A stretch of DNA of 64,000 bases, taken from positions 111,662,001 to 111,726,000 of the forward strand of contig OX597821.1 of NCBI GenBank assembly GCA_951406725.2, read 5' to 3'. The notes beneath the pieces were generated by a model. The model was given only the letters and a program-made list of their open reading frames with translations. It had not been told where the DNA came from and made no database searches. A program made the position numbers and the translations under genes. Positions 25,403-38,049 of this stretch are shown here, in pieces. How positions within the stretch are numbered: the stretch's first letter is position 1; each line of letters starts with the position of its first letter. The stretch comes from Octopus vulgaris. Taxonomy: Eukaryota.

Positions 25403-26601
25403 ATGGCAACAAAGAAACCACTGCTTTGGAATGGGAGGTTGTCCCACCCAAGCAGTGGATTGAAAGTCTTGAGAAGAGGACGGTGGTCCTACGAACCTAT
25501 TCTAGGTCGCGTGGAGCTATCGCCCTCTTCGACAGGAGCACCATAGAGAAAGAGTTGGGGACCACCTACCAACGATAAAGTTTATTTCTCTCGGGGGAGT
25601 AAATTTGCAACGGTGTGGTTGCTGTTTGGTACCCCCGAGGAAGCTAGCAGATTTGCTAGCGAGCCACTGGAGGGAGAGGAAATTTTGTTCCTCCCCTCGT
25701 ATTGTGGCAGAAAAGTAAAAAGAGCCTGGGTTTGTGGGCTGCCCCCGGGCACGGAGGCGGAATGGATCGAGAAGACCATCCGGCGAGGCCTGGGGGATAG
25801 CGGACCCAGGCTACTGAGTGTGAAAATGGCTCCCGCTGTCGCCTGGGAGGGGTCAAAGGCAACTTTGACCCTGTGGACACCGGTGGCCGTGGGAGAAATG
25901 AAATTCCCGGACTTCCTGAGAATGGCTGGGCACAGGTACCCGGTGATACTCGAGGGACGCCCCCCAAGTGTCACCTGTGCCTGAAGCCCGGACATATCAA
26001 GAGGAATTGTCCCGGGGGCCGTGGTGGTGCCCCGTGCATGAAGGGGAAAAGGCGCACGCCGCCCCCTCATTGGAGGGGGAGACGGTGGAAGACGTGGAGG
26101 AGGTGGCCTCCACGAAAAGAAAGAGACAGGCGAGCAACAATGGCTGCTCGCCAAAGAACGCTCAGGTGGCGGAGGGGGATAGCGATCCCCGTGTCTGGTG
26201 ACGGAGTCCCCTGGGTCAGCAGTCTCCCCCAAAAGAAGGAGGAGAAAAAGAAAGAAAGGTCGGGCGGCTGATATCCATGAGCCGCAGACGTTGGCGGGAA
26301 CTGTGCCGCCAACGAAAGAACTGAACGTATTGGTCCTCTTCTATAGAGGAGGAGAAATTGAAAAAAAATGATGGAAGAGTACCACAAGGGAGCTCCTTTA
26401 GCCTTCACACAGGACCCCGAATGGCCTCCGCAGATAGCTGTGGAGGCCGTGGCGTTCGACGTGACGCTTGGGCTAAAGGAGCTCAATGAAGATTATAGCT
26501 TGGTCCCGGGCGACGCGAACTCGGAACTTGATTACGTTCTGAGGGAGGCGTGTATGATGGTGGAGGGCGCGGGCACAAGCTATTTCGAGGACGATATGTA
26601 A
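25403..26601 (+). pseudogene. Frameshifted LINE ORF1 (RRM-like region, CCHC zinc knuckle, acidic C-terminus)
   Basis: ATG at 25403; WVCGLPPGTEAEWIEKTI; ILEGRPP-K-CHLCLKPGHIKRNC; ends YFEDDM*; several frameshifts. Confidence 0.8.
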
Positions 26602-26855
26602 TTATTGAACTGTTAGTATTAATAATGAACTGCTAAGTCCAAAAATTGGAAAAATTGTAAGAGGTTTAATACCTCGTTTTGTGTTTATCTTTAAAAAGAA
26701 CAATGTTTTAGAGAAGCGAAAGTCGACGGGCGCTTTTTGTCTTCTCCCATCCTTATCATCTGTCTTTCATTATCATTCACTTCATTAATGTCCTCGTCCA
26801 GCCCGCAAAGCTAACTTAATCTGTGTACTGCCTTTATGGCAAATGTTTTGAAATA

Positions 26856-27250
26856 AAGTAGCTTACTTACCAACCACATGATTCCGGGTTTATTCCCACT
26901 GCGTGGCACCTTAGGCAAGTGTCTTCTACTATAGCCTCGGTCCGAGCAAAGCCTTGTGAGTGGATTTGGTAGACGGAAACTGAAAGAAGCCCGTCGTATA
27001 TATGTATATATATATATGTGTATGTGTGTGTATATGTTTGTCTCTCTGTTTGTCCCCCCAACATCACTTAACAACTGATGGTGGTGTGTTTACGTACCCG
27101 TAACTTAGCGGTTCGGTAAAAGGGACCGATAGAATATGTACTAGGCTTCCAAAGAATAAGTCCTGGGGTCGATTTGCTCGACTAAAAGGCGGTGCTCCAG
27201 CATGGCCGCAGTCAAATGACTGAAACCAGTAAAAGAGTAAAAAGGAAAGA
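26856..27250 (+). mobile_element. SINE family S1 (continuation of the head at 24783-24822)
   Basis: Resumes at exactly the interrupted head position. Confidence 0.9.
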
Positions 27251-27814
27251 GTAAGAGTATACAGAGATATGTACATGTACATGCATCCACACGTACACAC
27301 ATATTTATGTATACAAGCATATACATACACATATATGCATAAATACGTATGCACACTCCTGCACACACATATATGCATACACACATACACACACATACCT
27401 ATATATGTGTGTGCACTCTTCGTACCCATCACCCTCACATATCCAAGACTATTTTTATGTTTAGCGTTATAAACTGGAATGCGATCTTGTCTTGTTGCGA
27501 TCTTTTATGTCACAAACGTCACGCAAGCTCTCGACAAATACAAATTGGCAACAGTTAAATACTTTACTGAAATATTTTGCACCAGCATGGCCACAGTTCA
27601 ATGACTAAAACCAATAAAAGAGTAAAAATTGATCAATCCAATTATGGTTCCGGCATTTTGTCCTGTGCTTCGCCGTTTCCTCCACTCGACTAAGCTCGAG
27701 TGTGCTTTAATGTAATAAGACTTAATGTACTCACCACATAACATCTTATAAAGAGTTAACTTGCTTAAGGTATAATATGCTTCAGAAGCACGTAACTCTG
27801 GGTGTATGGGCGTC

Positions 27815-27849
<35 letters not shown>

Positions 27850-27950
27850 GTGCGTGTGTGTGTGTGTGCGTGCATGTGTGTGTGTGAATTATAATACGTG
27901 ATGCCATAATTGAATTAGATGGATAGAGATTCATAGAAATAGATAAATAC

Positions 27951-28057
<107 letters not shown>

Positions 28058-28228
28058 CAGACAGACACATAGATAAATAGATAGACAGACAGACACATAG
28101 ATAAATAGATAGACAGACAGACAGACAGATAGATAGGTAGATAAACAGACAGACAGATAGATAAATAGATAGATAAACAGACAGACAGACAGATAGATAG
28201 ATAGTTAGACAGATAGCGATAGATAGAC

Positions 28229-28279
<51 letters not shown>

Positions 28280-28280
28280 C

Positions 28281-28364
<84 letters not shown>

Positions 28365-28715
28365 TGGCTGCACGTCTAACTTCGCAAGTGTTGCAAGATC
28401 AAGATTCTATTTCTAACTAATATCAATATACACTTTATTAAGCGCAATTATCCAGCTTGACTTCAAGAGAAAGGAATCTTGTGAAGTTTTCAATCGAATG
28501 CTTGCTTAACTAAGGGACAAATTGATGGCTTGCACGGCGGCGGCATGCGGAGGGTGGAAGTAGTGATTCAATTATTATGTAGGGACTCATAAAAGGACGA
28601 GGTTTTTGTCACTCTATATCCTTCAACTTACAGACAACCTACCCTTTTACATCCAATGAATTCTGGTTCGCTTCAGAGAATATCTTATATTTACGCAAAG
28701 ATATATGGATGCATA

Positions 28716-28934
28716 ATAAGAGGAATTGAAAAGTTTCTGGCTTTGGGTAAAAGAAACTACAGGAAGATCAGTTAATTATGATTGTATTCAACATATTCCC
28801 CTCTCAGATTCACACATATATTGCAGCGGTCCTTCAATTTTTCTAAGCCCTGTAAAGGAACTCGGAAGGTTGGGCTTCTAGCCAGGCTTTTAGCAAAACC
28901 CTTAAAGCCAGGACCTTTTCAACACCCCCTCGTA
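28716..28934. mobile_element. Mariner-derived MITE (partial second copy 29525-29640)
   Basis: TIRs gagg..ttgaaaagtttctggcttt / aaagccaggaccttttcaacaccccctcgta; internal minus-strand remnant DRCNICVNLRGEYV. Confidence 0.75.
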
Positions 28935-29015
28935 CTTGTATGTGTATACTTGTGCATGTGTTGGGGTTTTCATCCAGTTATAATTACTAATGAAACCTGT
29001 AAAATTTTACCCGTA

Positions 29016-29186
29016 GGCGCAGGAAGGGCTGTGTGGTAAATAGCTTGCTAACCAACCACATGGTTCCGGGTTCAGTCCCACTGCGTGGCATCTTGGGCAA
29101 GTGTCTTCTGCTATAGCCCCGGGCCGACCAATGCCTTGTGAGTGGATTTGGTTGACGGAAACTGAAAGAAGCCTGTCGTATATATG

Positions 29187-29241
<55 letters not shown>

Positions 29242-29445
29242 TTGTCCCCCTAGCATTGCTTGACAACCGATGCTAGTGTGTTTACGTCCCTGTCACTTAG
29301 CGGTTCGGCAAAAGAGACCGATAGAATAAGTACTGGGCTTACAAAGAATAAGTCCCGGGGTCGATTTGCTCGACTAAAGGCGGTGCTCCAGCATGGCCGC
29401 AGTCAAATGACTGAAACAAGTAAAAGAGTAAAGAGTAAAAGAGAG
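29016..29445 (+). mobile_element. SINE family S1, full length
   Basis: Complete head, microsatellite centre and tail. Confidence 0.9.
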
Positions 29446-29644
29446 TACCATGGGAATGAGATTTTTATCCCACACATTTCTTCTCACAAATTTTACTAAC
29501 TCTCATATCTTTTCTTTCTTTACTTATTGCAGCGGTCCCTCGGTTTTTCTAAGCCCTGTAAAGGAACTCGGAAGGTTAGGCCTCCAACCAGGCCTTTCGC
29601 AACACTCTTAAAGCCAGGACCTTTTCAGCACCCTCTCGTATATA

Positions 29645-30003
29645 TAATTCTTTCTAGTGGCGGTGAAAGGCTTGAAATTTTGGGGGAAGGTTGTCTAGTT
29701 GATTACATCGACCTTAGTATTCGACAGGCACGTATTTTATCGGCCTCGAAAGGATGAAAGATAAAGGCTCCCTCGGCGGAATTTGAAATCAGAGCGTAAA
29801 GACGGATGAAATGCCGCTAAGCATTTGGTCCGGACAGCTAACGACTCCTTGATATGCATATCTATAAATTCCGCAGAGGTCGACTTTAACTTTGATTCTT
29901 TCGGGGTCGGTAAATTAAAAGTCAGTTACGTTCTAGGGTCGATCTAATCGACTGGCCTCCATCCCCCAAAATTTCGGGCCTTGTGCGTAGTATAGAAAAG
30001 AAT
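29645..30003. mobile_element. Two S3 SINE copies in opposite orientation
   Basis: Minus copy ~29645-29850, plus copy ~29865-30003. Confidence 0.7.
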
Positions 30004-30961
30004 ATGTATATCTATAATCCTTTCTACTATAGGAGCAAGGCCTGGAATTAATACATGTATCGCTATATATTTGTATGCGTGTATGCATGTATGTATTTAT
30101 ATATTATAAATGAGATATATTTCCAAGATTAGGTTTTCTTCCAAGAGAATTCGTTAAATATAAATGTGTGAACTCTGCTATAAATTCTCCAGAATTGTTT
30201 ATTTGTCAATGGAATTTTAAAATTCATAGAATCCTTCTAGAATCACACGATACTGGCTAATCTTGAAGAAAGAACTCCCACCTGTCAATTTTTAATAAGC
30301 TTACCTGCCCTTCAACTTTACAATGGAATTTGTCTGGTGGTTGTAAAGAAATTTCTGCCAATAATTTTAACAGGTTGTGCCAAAGGTGAAAATCATTTTA
30401 TTCCAAGAATTCTTTTGATCCCATTAGTTGTGCTTTTCGATGTGACTGGAAAGAACAAAACAAATTCCAATTTGATGGAAGCAATTTGGTATCTCATAGT
30501 TTTTTTCTTTTTTTCTTTTTGTCCCTGAAGTCAATTCAATGATGCTCCAATTTTGTTTGGGGGTGGGGGGCGTGGTATCAGCAGGAAATTGTTCTTTGAA
30601 GTTTCTGTTGAAAATTCTAAGAATATTGTATCGCTCTCAGCAGCACTGAAATAGTCATTGGAAAAAATAACTGATTAGAATAATAATACACTTAAATTCA
30701 TTAAGCCAATTAGTGCAACATTTAAAAATAAATGTGCGTGTCTTCTTCAAAAATGCTTTAAAACTTAGAAAAAGTAAACAAAATTTCATTTTAGGCTCAA
30801 TGTGTGTTTATTAATTTGTTAAATATTTTTGGTGCATTTTTGTGCAGTCCTTTATTCGCTATCATCAGAATTCCTTAAATGCCACAATGTTATGAGAATC
30901 AACAATCACGGAACAAATAGTTTTTATCGGTATCATTTTTAGCAGGTTGTATATATATATA

Positions 30962-31490
30962 TTTTTTACTACCCACAAGGGGCTAAACAAATAGGGGACA
31001 AACAAGGACAGACAAACGGATAGTCGATTACATCGACCCCAGTGGGTAACTGGTACTTAGTTTATCGACTTAATCCGTTTGTCTGTCCTTGTTTGTCCCC
31101 TCTTTGTTTAGCCCCTTGTGGGTAGTAAAGAAATAGGTATTTCGTCTGCCGTTACGTTCTGAGTTCAAATTCCGCCAAGGTCGACTTCGCCTTTCATCCT
31201 TTCGGGGTCGATTAAATAAGTACCAGTTACGCACTGGGGTCGATAAAATCGACTTAATCCGTTTGTCTGTCCTTGTTTATCCTCTCTGTGTTTAGCCCCT
31301 TGTGAGTAGTAAAGAAATAGGTATTTCGTCTGCCGTTACGTTCTGAGTTCAAATTCCGCCGAGATCGACTTCGCTCTTTCCCCTTTCATGGTCGATAAAT
31401 TAAGTATCAGTTGCGTACTGGGGTCCATATAATCAACTGGTCCCCTCTCCAAAAATTTCGGGCCTTGTGTCTAGAGTAGCAAGGAATATT
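30962..31490 (+). mobile_element. S3 SINE tandem cluster with an inverted first unit
   Basis: 31065-31250 repeated at 31250-31430; 30962-31065 is an inverted tail. Confidence 0.8.
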
Positions 31491-32069
31491 CTGTGTAGTT
31501 CCATGCTTTGCACAAACAGACACTAAATATTAGTTCCAAACTCTTCTAGATTATTAAGGAGAGCGGCTTGTGCATGTATCTTATTCACAGTTTTATCTGT
31601 TGTGGTGAAAATTGTGTCAAGTTTTGAGATAAGTAGATTCAATTTACAAGATATTTTTGTGATGAGTTCTTTCGTGTTCCTGGTATTTATCGGTTTTGAG
31701 TTTGATTCTGATCTGTTCATTCTGACGTATTGTACATCCATGTAGATGTGTATAGAACGTTTGAAGTGGTGTACAGATATCGTATTTTGAGGAAAAGGAA
31801 GCAGTCAAAATTTTGGATAATTCTTTATCAGCGCATCCGTTCGTTAATATTCTGTGTAATTCTTTAACAATCTGGATGAATGTTGTATTCATATTTCGTG
31901 TTTGTCTGGGCAAAACGTGGAATTACAGAGAGTAAAGAAAGCGCTGATAAAGAATTATCCAAAATTCTGACTGCCTCTTTTTTCTCAATATATATATATA
32001 TATATAAAATATATGATATTCAGCCCTTTCCTCGGAGAAAGATTTCAAATAATTATAAACAGAAGTGAG

Positions 32070-32144
<75 letters not shown>

Positions 32145-34098
32145 TCATCATCATCCAGTGTTTTAAATCCGGGTTTTGTCTCTGTTAACGGGGATGGCCG
32201 GATCTACCTCAATGCCATAGCAACCGAGGTAAGCAGGTGCAGCCCGCCCCAACCTTTGGGCTGGCTGCTGCCCACTCTCCTTTGCTATCGTGAGGCTTTG
32301 CGCATATCTATATGGTTCTTCTCTCTGTACTACTTTACCTACATATGTGTATGTTACAGTTTCACCCTTAACAGCCTCACATCCTTGCTTAAAGAAGTGG
32401 ACGGAGAAACAGATGACAAGTTACCAGAATGCTTCCAAGAACAATTTAGTAATCTTCGCGACCACATCCCACCATTATGAAATTTTTGACTTTCCTGTTA
32501 TTTCTATGGATAAAGATTCATTGAAGGAGTTGCCTTTTCCGAAAACCTTTTAGAGTCTTAAATTTACGCCTGATTTCAAGCGGGACTTCTGCGTTACGTT
32601 TATTGTCAATATGGCAGTTGGAATGCTGGGCTCATTCTTAGACTTAGGCGCCATAGGCGCTCTTGAGCCATAGGCGCCCTTAGGCCAAAAGTGAACTCGG
32701 TTTCCGAAGATGTGTGATTGACCGAGATTGCAGCACACCACACTGAATAGGACGCCAGTCACTCGTAGGGCTAACTTCCCAGCTATTGCTGGAATACATT
32801 TAGAACAACGGGCTGGGACAACATGGGCGAAATAAATAGGTTAAATAAATACCAGAAACACTTTGTCCCCCGTAGGAACTGCAAGAGCTATTCAGAGGTT
32901 TTGGTAGCCCTTCTAAATCCATTGCATTGCTTGAAACCCTTCAGTATAGTCAGCAGATATCTCAGGGTCACAAGCGTTTCGTCCCTTAGCCTGTACGTTT
33001 TACCTGAATGGCGCAGCGAGGACCGAACTAGTTTTCACCTACGAAAGGGTCCCTTAATCACAACATAGCCATCTTTAGCTAGTTTCAGCTGCCCTGCCTA
33101 TTCCCTTGATGACTTTTTTTCAGTTTTCTGCATTTCAGAGCTATCTTCTTCAGGCAATAATGCACTGGGTCCTGGAATCGGAACCACTATCTTATTATGG
33201 CCGTGAGTGCCACACCTTAACCTCTAGGCCACGCTTCTTCCCAAAAGTGGAGTACTACTCACAGATTTGCACAGATTTGGACAGGCTCTTCCAAACATAT
33301 TCTTAGATTGTACAATGGAATTCGTAGTTTACATGATGATGAGGTTATGCCATCGCTCCAAACATTTTGTCATCGATGGAACGCTGCAAGATTGGCACTC
33401 TATAAGCCAATATTTCTATGGTAGGGTGTCAGATGAAGTTCATTCCTTGTTCCTACAACTCTTGGAATTTTTCATTGGTACCCAGTTTGACAAATTTAGC
33501 GAATATTAGTCGAACTTGTAGAAAATCTCGAAAATAAACTGTACAAAGCATTTTTTTTCTTTTTGTTTCCAGAAAGATTCAGTGACTGAAAGCAATGAAA
33601 GAATATATAAAATATACACTACGCATATACACTACGCACAAGAGCGTACGCACGCACGCACACACATAAGAGTGTGTATAAATGTGTTTTGTGTTACGAA
33701 ATAGAAATTGTGATACCATACCGTAGGTTTCATAATATTTACTTTATACGGAAGTGACAGTAATCTTCACCTAAGATTTAACTGAACCGTATGAAAATTT
33801 AAAGTATGGCTTCAAGACGTAGATATCACACACACACACACACACACACATACAACTACATGGAAATATAAACACACATACACACTCATAGATATCTATG
33901 CGTGTATGTATTCATACACACCCATGTACATACATATACATACTTGTGTGTAAGTATGTGTGTATGTGTGTATGTGTGTGTGTGAATATATTTAAACACT
34001 CACTAACATATACCTATGCATATATATATATACAAATACAAATACATGACACATTACATAAACCTACATGTGTATATGTGTGTATGCATGTGTATTAC

Positions 34099-34149
<51 letters not shown>

Positions 34150-34353
34150 ACATGTGCACGCACACACACATAGTCAGACAAACACACACACACACACATA
34201 TATAAGTGCATAAATAAAACAAAACAACCACAGCAATAGCATTTGTTTATTCACGACCCCCTCCAGGCATTCCATTAAATATCGGTGCTTTTTTTAAAAA
34301 ATTATTTATCAAACCAGAATATAAACACATCGCGACTTGTGAGGAATGAATTT

Positions 34354-34438
<85 letters not shown>

Positions 34439-34441
<3 letters not shown>

Positions 34442-34693
34442 TGGGTTGGTGCATAATTATTCCGGCTTGTTTTCAACAAATTTTATTCAACAAAAACAGT
34501 AACAACATGCAACAAAAACATCTTTGAATGATTATTCTGAAGCATATTCACCATCTACTTCAATTACTGCTCCTCATTTGCTTAGGAGACGGTGAGACCA
34601 TCATTTAAAGATGTTTTTTGTTAAATATTGTTATTGTTTTTGTTGAATAAAATTTGTTAAAAAACAGCCGCAATAATTATGCACCACACCATA
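34439..34693. mobile_element. Mariner-derived MITE
   Basis: ~60-bp TIRs ggtgcataattatt.cggct.gtttt.aacaaattttattcaacaaaaaca and its reverse complement; TA-flanked. Confidence 0.8.
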
Positions 34694-35833
34694 TACATGT
34701 ATGCGCGCGCGCGCACGTATGTGTGTGTGTATGTGTGTGTGTGTGTGTGTGTGTTTCTCTTTCTTGTCTGTGCTTGTTCCCACCAGCGTTTGACAACCGG
34801 TGTTGGTTAGTTTACGTCCCTGTAAGTTATCGGCTCGACCAAAAAGACAGAGAGAATAAGTATCAGCCTTTAAAAAAAAATAAGTACTGGGGTCGATTCG
34901 TTCGACTAAAAACTCTACGACGCAATGCCCCAGCATGGCCGTAGTCTAATGACTAAAACAAGTAACGGATAAAAGTACTAACTCTTTTTCATTCTCGTGT
35001 ACCTGCTACACGCATAATAAGCTATCAGCGCGCTTAGCTGAAATCCAGTCTGGCTTTTGTTACGCATTCACGTGCCTCCAAGGTACAGCTATGGTGTGTA
35101 GTTGGGGCCCGAGACCAGTTCGTTACAAGGGTGTTGCTTTTCATATTGCTGGATAACGTTCAAGGGATAATTAACGAACTTCATATGCATTCATACGTAC
35201 TATATGTAACTTTTCCTGGCATGTAAACTGTTGAGTCCTTGCTCAGTGTGACATGGGCGAGTTTCGAAAGCGTCCTCTGCAACACATGTGAGAAGATAAG
35301 CTGAGATAATCGAGAATACACAAGCAAAATGTGTCCCAGCTGCTATAAAATTGTCAACTACGAAATTTGAGAAACAATTTCTAGCTAAAATTCAAGGACA
35401 AATTTCGGGCACTTCTAAAGCTCCAGCGAATAAGTATTGAGACCTGGGATTCACTCCTATTAAATCGTAATTTCAAGGGTCATTTAAATTCCATCGGAGA
35501 CGCAGAATTTCAGGCAACAGGCCTCAGTGTGCGAATTAACGCATCGCTGAAACACATCAACGTTATTTCAAAACATGGCGCAGGTTTAGCGATAAGCGTT
35601 GGCTGACGTAATCACAACACTTGTTGGTGGTAATTCAACCACCGTGAGCTCTCGCAGTACTGAATCACTCGACTGCTTTACATAAAAACTGTAGACAGGT
35701 TTTCTCACCTGCTGACAAACATTATTAACACGGAATCAACATGACACCCAGCCATCGCAGATATGTGCATGCTTATATGCATAAGTAGGCACGTACATAT
35801 GTACGTATGTATGTATATCTATCTATCTGTCTG

Positions 35834-35964
<131 letters not shown>

Positions 35965-36037
35965 ATATTAGGGAATAAATCCAAACTTACAGGGAGAAAT
36001 CAGATTTAGGACTGAATTCAATTTTATAGTAAAATAT

Positions 36038-36269
36038 TATATTATATTAAATTAGAGACAAAACCACTATTAGGCAAATCAAACAATGAAAGACTTAAGC
36101 CAATACATAAATTAATTTATATTATTTAAATATGTAACAATTATTAAAAAATATAATTAATTATATTTTTTAATAATTGTTACATATTTAAATAATATAA
36201 ATTAATTTATGTATTGGCTTAAGTCTTTCATTGTTTGATTTGCCTAATAGTGGTTTTGTCTCTAATTTA

Positions 36270-36279
<10 letters not shown>
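36038..36279. repeat. Perfect spacerless palindrome, 242 bp
   Basis: Centre between 36158 and 36159; arms read as exact reverse complements by eye. Confidence 0.9.
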
Positions 36280-36337
<58 letters not shown>

Positions 36338-36359
36338 TGTACATATATGAGTGTGTGTG

Positions 36360-36797
36360 TTTTATTAAGTTTCAGCTCAGAGCTGCGGCCATGCTGATGC
36401 ACCGCCGTTTTGCGCTACACTGTTATTACTAGGAGCCTCCTCTAATATGATGAAGAATGGAGTTTGGTATAGCTACCCTCATTTGCACCTCTTGCCGTGA
36501 AGTAGGCTCATCTGGGACTCTCGACAGGAAAAGGTCCAGCTTTGATTTAAAACCCCCTACACCTACTTTGTGCAAGTCCCTCAGACTCTTTGGAAGAATA
36601 TTAAAAAGCTGTGGGCCCTTGAAACCCAGGCTGTCGCAGTAACTGGTCCTGAAGCGTGATGGCATTGCTGGGTTCTTTGGCACTATGCAGTGTCGTCCCG
36701 TTCTGGCATTGGTGTACGTAGCTTTCAATGCCAAAATTTGGCACAATTCCTTCCAGGATCTTCCAGATATATATTACTGCATACATCTCCCGTCTTG
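36360..36797 (-). mobile_element. 3' end of a CR1/L2-group LINE
   Basis: RREMYAVIYIWKILEGIVPN, GPQLFNILPKSLR, FKSKLDLFLSRVPDEP; tail ggcggtgcatcagcatggccgcagctctgagctgaaacttaataaa. Confidence 0.85.
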
Positions 36798-36825
36798 TAT
36801 ATGTATATATATATATATATATATA

Positions 36826-37258
36826 CTCTTTTTTTACTCTTTTATTTGTTTCGGTCATTTGACAGAGGCCATGCTGGAGCACCGCCTTTAGTCGAGCAAA
36901 TCGACCCCAGGACTTATCCTTTGGAAGCCTAGTACTTATTCTATCGGTCTCTTTTACCGAAGTGCTAAGTTGCGGGGACGTAAACACACCACCATCGGTT
37001 GTCAAGCGATGTTGGGGACAAACACAGACGCGCACACACACACACGCACACACACACACACACGCACACACACACACACACACGCACACACACACATATA
37101 TATATACATATATACGACGGGCTTCTTTCAGTTTCCGTCAACCATTTCCACTCACAAGGTTTTGGTCGGCCCGAGGCTATAGTAGAAGACACTTACCCAA
37201 GGTGCCACGCAGTGGGACTGAATCCGGAACCATGTGTTTTGTAAGCAAGCTACCACAC
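36826..37258 (-). mobile_element. SINE family S1
   Basis: Aligns to 29016-29445. Confidence 0.9.
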
Positions 37259-37382
37259 ACACACAAACACACACGTATATATATGTATGTATGTAGAAGA
37301 TTGAAAAGGAACACACGAGTTGATATATATGGAAAAAAAGTCAAGGTAGAAAATGCTAAAATAATTTTTATAAAAAACATTT

Positions 37383-37418
37383 CAGTACCGGTTTCAGCCA
37401 TTGAGACTTTTTCAACTG
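37383..37418 (-). ncRNA. Minimal type I hammerhead ribozyme, U3-A8 variant
   Basis: CAG-UUGAAAA-AGUC-UCAAU-GGCU-GAAA-CCGG-UA-CUG. Confidence 0.65.
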
Positions 37419-38049
37419 TAAGTATAGAAAACAATTAAATTTTGGAAAAAATAATAGAAAAGTTTTTTTAAAGAATATTTGCATAGTATTCAAATACAAG
37501 GGGCATTTCCCTTCTTTCTGCCTGTCTCTATCTCTCTTCTTTATTCTTGTGGGTTCGAGGTCGTTGTGAATTCTTGGCAGGGAAGAAGAAGAAGAAGAAG
37601 AAGAAGAAGAAGAAGAAGAAGAAGAAGAAGAAGAAGAAGAAGAAGAAGAAGAAGAATGCGGGAGTGCCATGATTGTAGTATGTTAAATGGTCAAGTGCCC
37701 TGAAAATGACCCGTTGTGGATGGTAGTAGTGACTGAATTCTTGAGACATCTCTTTCGAATGTTTTGTTTATAAAATTTGTGTAGGTGTTATTCTAAACAG
37801 CAATAGTAGTAAAGCTAGGAAGGAGGTGGCGGAGAAGAAGAAGATAAAGAAGAAGAAGAAAAAAGAGAAAGAAAATGAAGAATAAGAAGGAATGTAGGTA
37901 GTATGATAGTAGTAGGATGTTAAATGGTCAAGTGACCTAAAAGTGATTCGTTATGGATCATAGCAGTGATTGGGATTGTTTTTTAATGAATTCTTGGGAA
38001 TCTCTTGAGCGTATCATTTTTAATATTTATGTGTGTGTTTGTGTTATTC

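Larger units (their letters stand above)
24823..26855 (+). mobile_element. ORF1-only non-autonomous non-LTR retroelement (HAL1-like, L1/Tx1-derived)
   Basis: 17-bp direct repeat aagtagcttacttacca at 24806-24822 and 26856-26872; splits an S1 SINE head; AATAAA at the 3' junction; no endonuclease or RT sequence between ORF1 and the end. Confidence 0.8.

Noticed and set aside
25582-26232. 216-aa minus-strand ORF
   Set aside because: Antisense shadow of the plus-strand ORF1.
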